Source: Octopus sinensis (taxonomy: Eukaryota). Taken from it: 24,776 nucleotides of DNA. Position numbers and translations under genes: made by a program. Shown one piece after another: positions 20,606 through 24,776 of the stretch. The notes beneath the pieces are model-generated. The model did no database searches and had not been told where the DNA came from. It was given only the letters and a program-made list of their open reading frames with translations. The DNA lies in contig NW_021836466.1 of the NCBI RefSeq assembly GCF_006345805.1, positions 1 to 24,776 on the forward strand, read 5' to 3'. The stretch's first letter is position 1. Each line of letters starts with the position of its first letter.

Positions 20606-21700
20606 GGTGGTGGTGGTGTTGGTGGTGCTGGTGATGGTGCTGGTGGTAGTGGTGGCGGTAGGGTTGTGGTGGTGCTGGTGGTGGTGCTGGTGGTGGTGCA
20701 GTTGGTAGTGTTGGTGGTAGTGCTGGTGGTGGTGCTGGTGGTGGTGCAGTTGATGGTGCTGGTGCAGGTGGTAGTGTTGGTGGTAGTGCTGGTGGTGGTG
20801 ATGGTGGTAGTGCTGGTGGTGGTGCTGGTGGTGGTGCTGGTGGTGGTGCAGTTGATGGTGCTGGTGCAGGTGGTAGTGTTGGTGGTAGTGCTGGTGCTGG
20901 TGCTGGTGCTGGTGCTGGTGGTGGTGCTGGTGGTGGTGTTGGTGGTGGTGCTGGTGGTGGTGCTGGTGGTGGTGTTGGTGGTGGTGTTGGTGGTGGTGGC
21001 GGTGGTGGTGCTGGTGCTGGTTGTGGTGCTGGTGGTGGTTATGGTGGTGGTGTTGGTGGTGGTGGCGGTGGTGGTGGCGGTGGTGGTGGCGGTGGTGGTG
21101 GTGGTGGTGCTGGTTGTGGTGATGGTGGTGGTGATGGTGGTGGTTATGGTGGTGGTTATGGTGGTGGTGCTGGTTGTGGTGCTGGTGGTGGTGATGGTGG
21201 TGGGGCTGGTGGTAGTGCTGGTGGTGGTGATGGTGGTGATGGTGGTGGTGGTGATAGTGGTGGTGGTGGTGGTTATGGTGGTGGTGGTGGTTGTGCTGGT
21301 GGTGGTGGTGGTGCTGGTGGTGGTGGTGGTGCTGGTGGTAGTGCTGGTGGTGGTGCTGGTGGTAGTGCTGGTGGTAGTGCTGGTGGTAGTGCTGGTGGTG
21401 GTGCTGGTGGTAGTGCTGGTGGTGGTGGTGGTGGTAGTGCTGGTGGTAGTGCTGGTGGTAGTGCTGGTGGTGGTGATGGTGGAAGTGATTGTGGTGGTGG
21501 TGGTGATGGTGGAGGTGGTGCTGATGGTGGTGGTGGGGATGATGGTGGGGGTGATGGTGTGGTTGATAATTGTCGTAGTGGTGGTGATGGTGGTGTTGGC
21601 GGTGGCGGTGGTGTTGGTGGTGGCGGCGATGGTGGTGGTGGCGGCGGTGGTTACGCTGATGTTAGTGGTGTTAGTGGTGGCGGTAGGGTTGTGGTGCTGC
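20606..21700. repeat. (GGT)n-derived low-complexity triplet block
   Basis: About 1.1 kb of GGT/GCT/AGT/GAT triplets with higher-order units, bracketed by a 25-bp direct repeat. Confidence 0.95.
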
Positions 21701-21717
21701 TGCTACTATTATCATTC

Positions 21718-21829
21718 ACGATCCCTTTTGATCGAAAACCAACCCCCTTTTTTTTTACCCCCAAAAGAAAAGCTCTACCTTGTAATTTGTTCTGTCTGTG
21801 TGCAGCCCTGTGTGGCTAATAAAGAAACA
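21718..21829 (+). mobile_element. Tx1-like LINE, last 112 bp
   Basis: Ends TAATAAAGAAACA. 11-bp TSD tattatcattc at 21707-21717 and 21830-21840. Confidence 0.88.
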
Positions 21830-22070
21830 TATTATCATTCCTTTGGTGTTGGTAGTAAGGCTGACGATGGTGATGTTGTTGTTGTTGTTGGAGGTGGAGA
21901 GGAAGAGGAAGATATGTTGTTATTATCATCTTGTTGTTGCTGCTGTTGTTAATCGGGTTCTGTAATTGCAGAATTGAGACAGCGTCGTTGGTTATTTTTT
22001 GTGGTAGTAGAGCTGGTGCCAGAGGTACTGGTAGTAAAACATTATACATATAATATATATATATATATAT

Positions 22071-22340
22071 ACTCTTTTACTCTTTTACTCTTTTACTCTT
22101 TTACTTGTTTCAGTCATTTGACTGCGGCCATTTTGGAGCACCGCCTTTAGACAAGCAAATTGACCCCGAGACTTATTCTTTGTAAGCCCAGTACTTATTC
22201 TATCGGTCTCTTTTGCCAAACCGCTAAGTGACGGGGACATAAACACACCAGCATCGGTTGTCAAGCAATGCTAGGGAGACAAACTCAGACACACATGTGG
22301 TTGGTTAGCAAGCTACTTACCACACAGCCACTCCTGCGCC
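22071..22340 (-). mobile_element. SINE family B with a central deletion (core and B box lost)
   Basis: The tail and 3' half join directly to the head at gacacaca|tgtggttgg. Confidence 0.85.
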
Positions 22341-22689
22341 TAAAAGTTTCATCTCCATTTTTTTATTGCTATATATATATAACAGGACCGAACTAAGACC
22401 CATAGAGGCCCTAAATGCTTAAAGATTTTGGTGCCCCCATATATATGTCATTCAAAATATATACCATGAGAAACCATAAAATAAATTTTTGTTTTTCAAA
22501 ATGAAACAAAACTAACAATAAAAAGGAAAATAACGATTTCTATTTTATTTATTCATTTTTTTTACTTCCGCTTTTTATTTGAAAAAATTTCTCCAATATT
22601 TCTTTAATTGCAATGTCTTTGATCAGATCCTCGCCATGAACTTTTTGAAATTATATTTTTTTGAGCAGATCCTTTCTAGATGCTGCTGT

Positions 22690-22900
22690 TTTATGAAGGT
22701 TTCCTGTCTTGTCGTTGAAAGCTCGAAATAGGGGGTAATTAACAGTCAACAACTGAGGAGGGGTTAGACTTCTTTTGGTATATTTTATGTCCCGTACTTG
22801 TCTCTCTTATTGTGTCTATTACCGAATAAATCACTTACGTAATCTTTCGTTCGTAGACTCGTCAGTACGATCGTTCCAATTTAATATCATTTGTAAAACT
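22690..22900 (+). mobile_element. Diverged relative of the repeat at 1-348
   Basis: Alignment of 22710-22763 to the reverse complement of 92-146. Confidence 0.35.
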
Positions 22901-22949
22901 AAACGCTAGTTGTCCATTTAAAACTAGACATGTTCTTAGTTCTACCGAT

Positions 22950-24030
22950 TACATTGGGGTTATTTTCAAATGTGCGCAGACGTATTGTCTTGATGAAACC
23001 ACCACTCTCCACTTTGCCACAGGTCGGGGCATTTTCGTCGCACCGCGTGTCGCAAACGCTTCAGAACTTCCAAAATGTCTGGTTAACAGTTTGACCAGGG
23101 GGAACATTTCCTGTGTGCACAATTTCTTTCGCATCGATGAAATAAATCAGCATCGTCTTGATATCGGACTTCAATTAACGCGCTTTGGGGAGCGGAGAAA
23201 AGCATGGTGACATTGAATCCGTCCATTGACTTGATTGTGGCTTTGTTTCCGGGTTGTAACCGTAGCACCAGCTTTCATCACCAGTGATAACCTTCGAAAA
23301 AAGGTTCGCATCAATTTCCAACCGTTTTTTTCAGTTCACGACACACACGTTCATTCGTGACTGCCTTTGATCTTCCGTGAAAAAGCGAGGCAGAAATTTC
23401 TGCCGCTACGTTCTGAGTTCAAATTCTGCCGAGGTCGACTTTGCTTTTCATTCTTTCGGGGTCGATTAAATAAGTACCAGTTTACGCACTGGGGTCGATA
23501 TAATCGACTTAATCCGTTTATCTGTCCTTGTTTGTCCCCTCTGTGTTTAGCCCCTTGTGGGTAGTAAAGAAATAGGTATTTCGTCTGTCTTTACGTTCTG
23601 AGTTCAAATTCCGCCATGATCGACTTTGCCTTTCATCCTTTCGGTGTCGATAAATTAAGTACCAGTTTCGCACTGGAGTCGATGTAATCGACTTAATCCC
23701 TTTGTCTGTCCTTGTTTGTCCCCTCTATGTTTAGCCCCTTATGGGCAATAAATAAATAAGAAATTTTGCTCTTTTGATTCGTAATTCCTCGCTTAAAATT
23801 CGTTGGCAGAAGCTCCAAGACACACCAGTCATATCAACAAGTTCGTCAATTGTTCAGCGACGGTTCTTCACGATCAGTTCATGAATTTTCGTGATGTTTT
23901 CATTCGTTCGGGAGATCGGTGGTTGCCTTGAACGAGGTTGGTCCTCAAGCAACAAGAAACCCGTCCTAAAGCGTGAAAACCAGTCGTAAACTTGTATTTT
24001 GCAAATGCAGCTTGCTTTTAAGCTGTTTGA
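22950..24030 (-). pseudogene. Mariner transposase pseudogene (irritans-like), split by a SINE C dimer
   Basis: QVYDWFSRF..EDQPRS..TIDELVDMTGVSW..CQRILSEEL, then ITGDESWCYGYNPETKPQSSQW, VPPGQTVNQ, WWFHQDN. The subfamily call is an inference. Confidence 0.88.
23384..23760 (+). mobile_element. SINE family C dimer
   Basis: The second unit starts at 23575 at the same aaagaaata|ggtatttcgtct junction as at 5934 and 6107. Confidence 0.9.
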
Positions 24031-24512
24031 AGCGTGACAACTCTTTCAGCCGCCGTTTACCCCGGCAAAAAAAACCAGAAAACCCTTACGCACCACGTGG
24101 CAGTACGACTCCAATTCCCGACGCCGACCGGCAGACAGATGCCTGAGTGTCGTATCAAGTGGCTTCAGCGACGAAAATTTGAACTAGGATTGGTTTGCCC
24201 CATAGAGAACGATTTCGATTACTTTTGGGTACCCTTACCTCCTCGAATGTATATATATGTGCGATGGATCCCCGTCGTTCGACGACGCCGATTCAATCGT
24301 TTGACCTCAACTGAATGACTTGCCGCTGAATTTAGGTCTACTTGGCTGAGTATTCCGCAAGCAAATGCATCCTTGATATAATTCTCTGGCAGAACCTATG
24401 AAGGCCGCACCATTTTGGATTACATGAACAATCCACAGTTTCCGTCTACGTGGCACGACTCGTCGAAAAATAGTAAAATATCACGTATATATATAGATAA
24501 ATACACACACAT

Positions 24513-24557
<45 letters not shown>

Positions 24558-24705
24558 GATCAATAATAATAAAGGTTAAAATTAATTAATTAATTAATTA
24601 GTAATTAATAATTCCACCAAGTAGTATGGGTTTCGGCATGTTAATAGGACCATTTCGGTAAATTTAAACAATATTTTGAATAATTATAATTTGAAATAAT
24701 TATGA

Positions 24706-24776
24706 GGTTCCGGTTCAGTTCCACTAGGAGTGGCTGTGTGGTAAGTAGCTTGTTCCCACCACATAGTTTCGGGGTT
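24706..24776 (+). mobile_element. SINE family B head fragments (runs off the window)
   Basis: ggttccggttcagttccact followed by ggagtggctgtgtggtaagtagcttg. Confidence 0.75.

Noticed and set aside
20666-21952. 428-aa poly-Val ORF
   Set aside because: It is a reading of (GTG)n, starts at GTG and runs through a LINE insertion. Openness is expected from triplet composition.
22383-22440. caggaccgaactaagacccatagaggccct as a hAT-type terminus
   Set aside because: No matching second end or 8-bp TSD was found in the window.
22830-22870. Minus-strand CTGACGA-GTctacgaAC-GAAA-gattacgtaa as a functional hammerhead
   Set aside because: Stem II is only 2 bp, stem III does not close onto a UH site, and there is no stem I partner. 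At best a relic.

Overview
This is repeat-saturated, AT-rich eukaryotic DNA with no intact protein-coding gene. The repeat set (tRNA-headed SINEs, heavy TA/GATA/CA microsatellites) is what I recall from octopus (cephalopod) genomes; that species assignment is an inference. Contents: three tRNA-derived SINE families (called A, B, C here) in about 20 copies; at least 9 non-autonomous Helitron pieces (TC...hairpin-CTAG between A and T); remnants of three distinct mariner lineages; a CR1/L2-type LINE ORF2 fragment; four 3' ends of an L1/Tx1-like LINE; and a 1.1-kb (GGT)n block. Best findings: (1) a structurally complete minimal type I hammerhead ribozyme with a palindromic stem III at 10812-10857, the Penelope-like element (PLE)/retrozyme architecture, inside a small structured element; (2) an inverted pair of decayed hammerhead-like motifs at 6344-6479; (3) a 172-bp foldback with a perfect 59-bp stem at 349-520; (4) a tail-less Tx1-like LINE whose target sites all begin with TA; (5) a SINE trimer under a single target-site duplication (TSD). 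Several local duplications differ mostly by 1-bp indels and may be assembly artefacts. Almost all ORFs in the supplied track are by-products of repeats.
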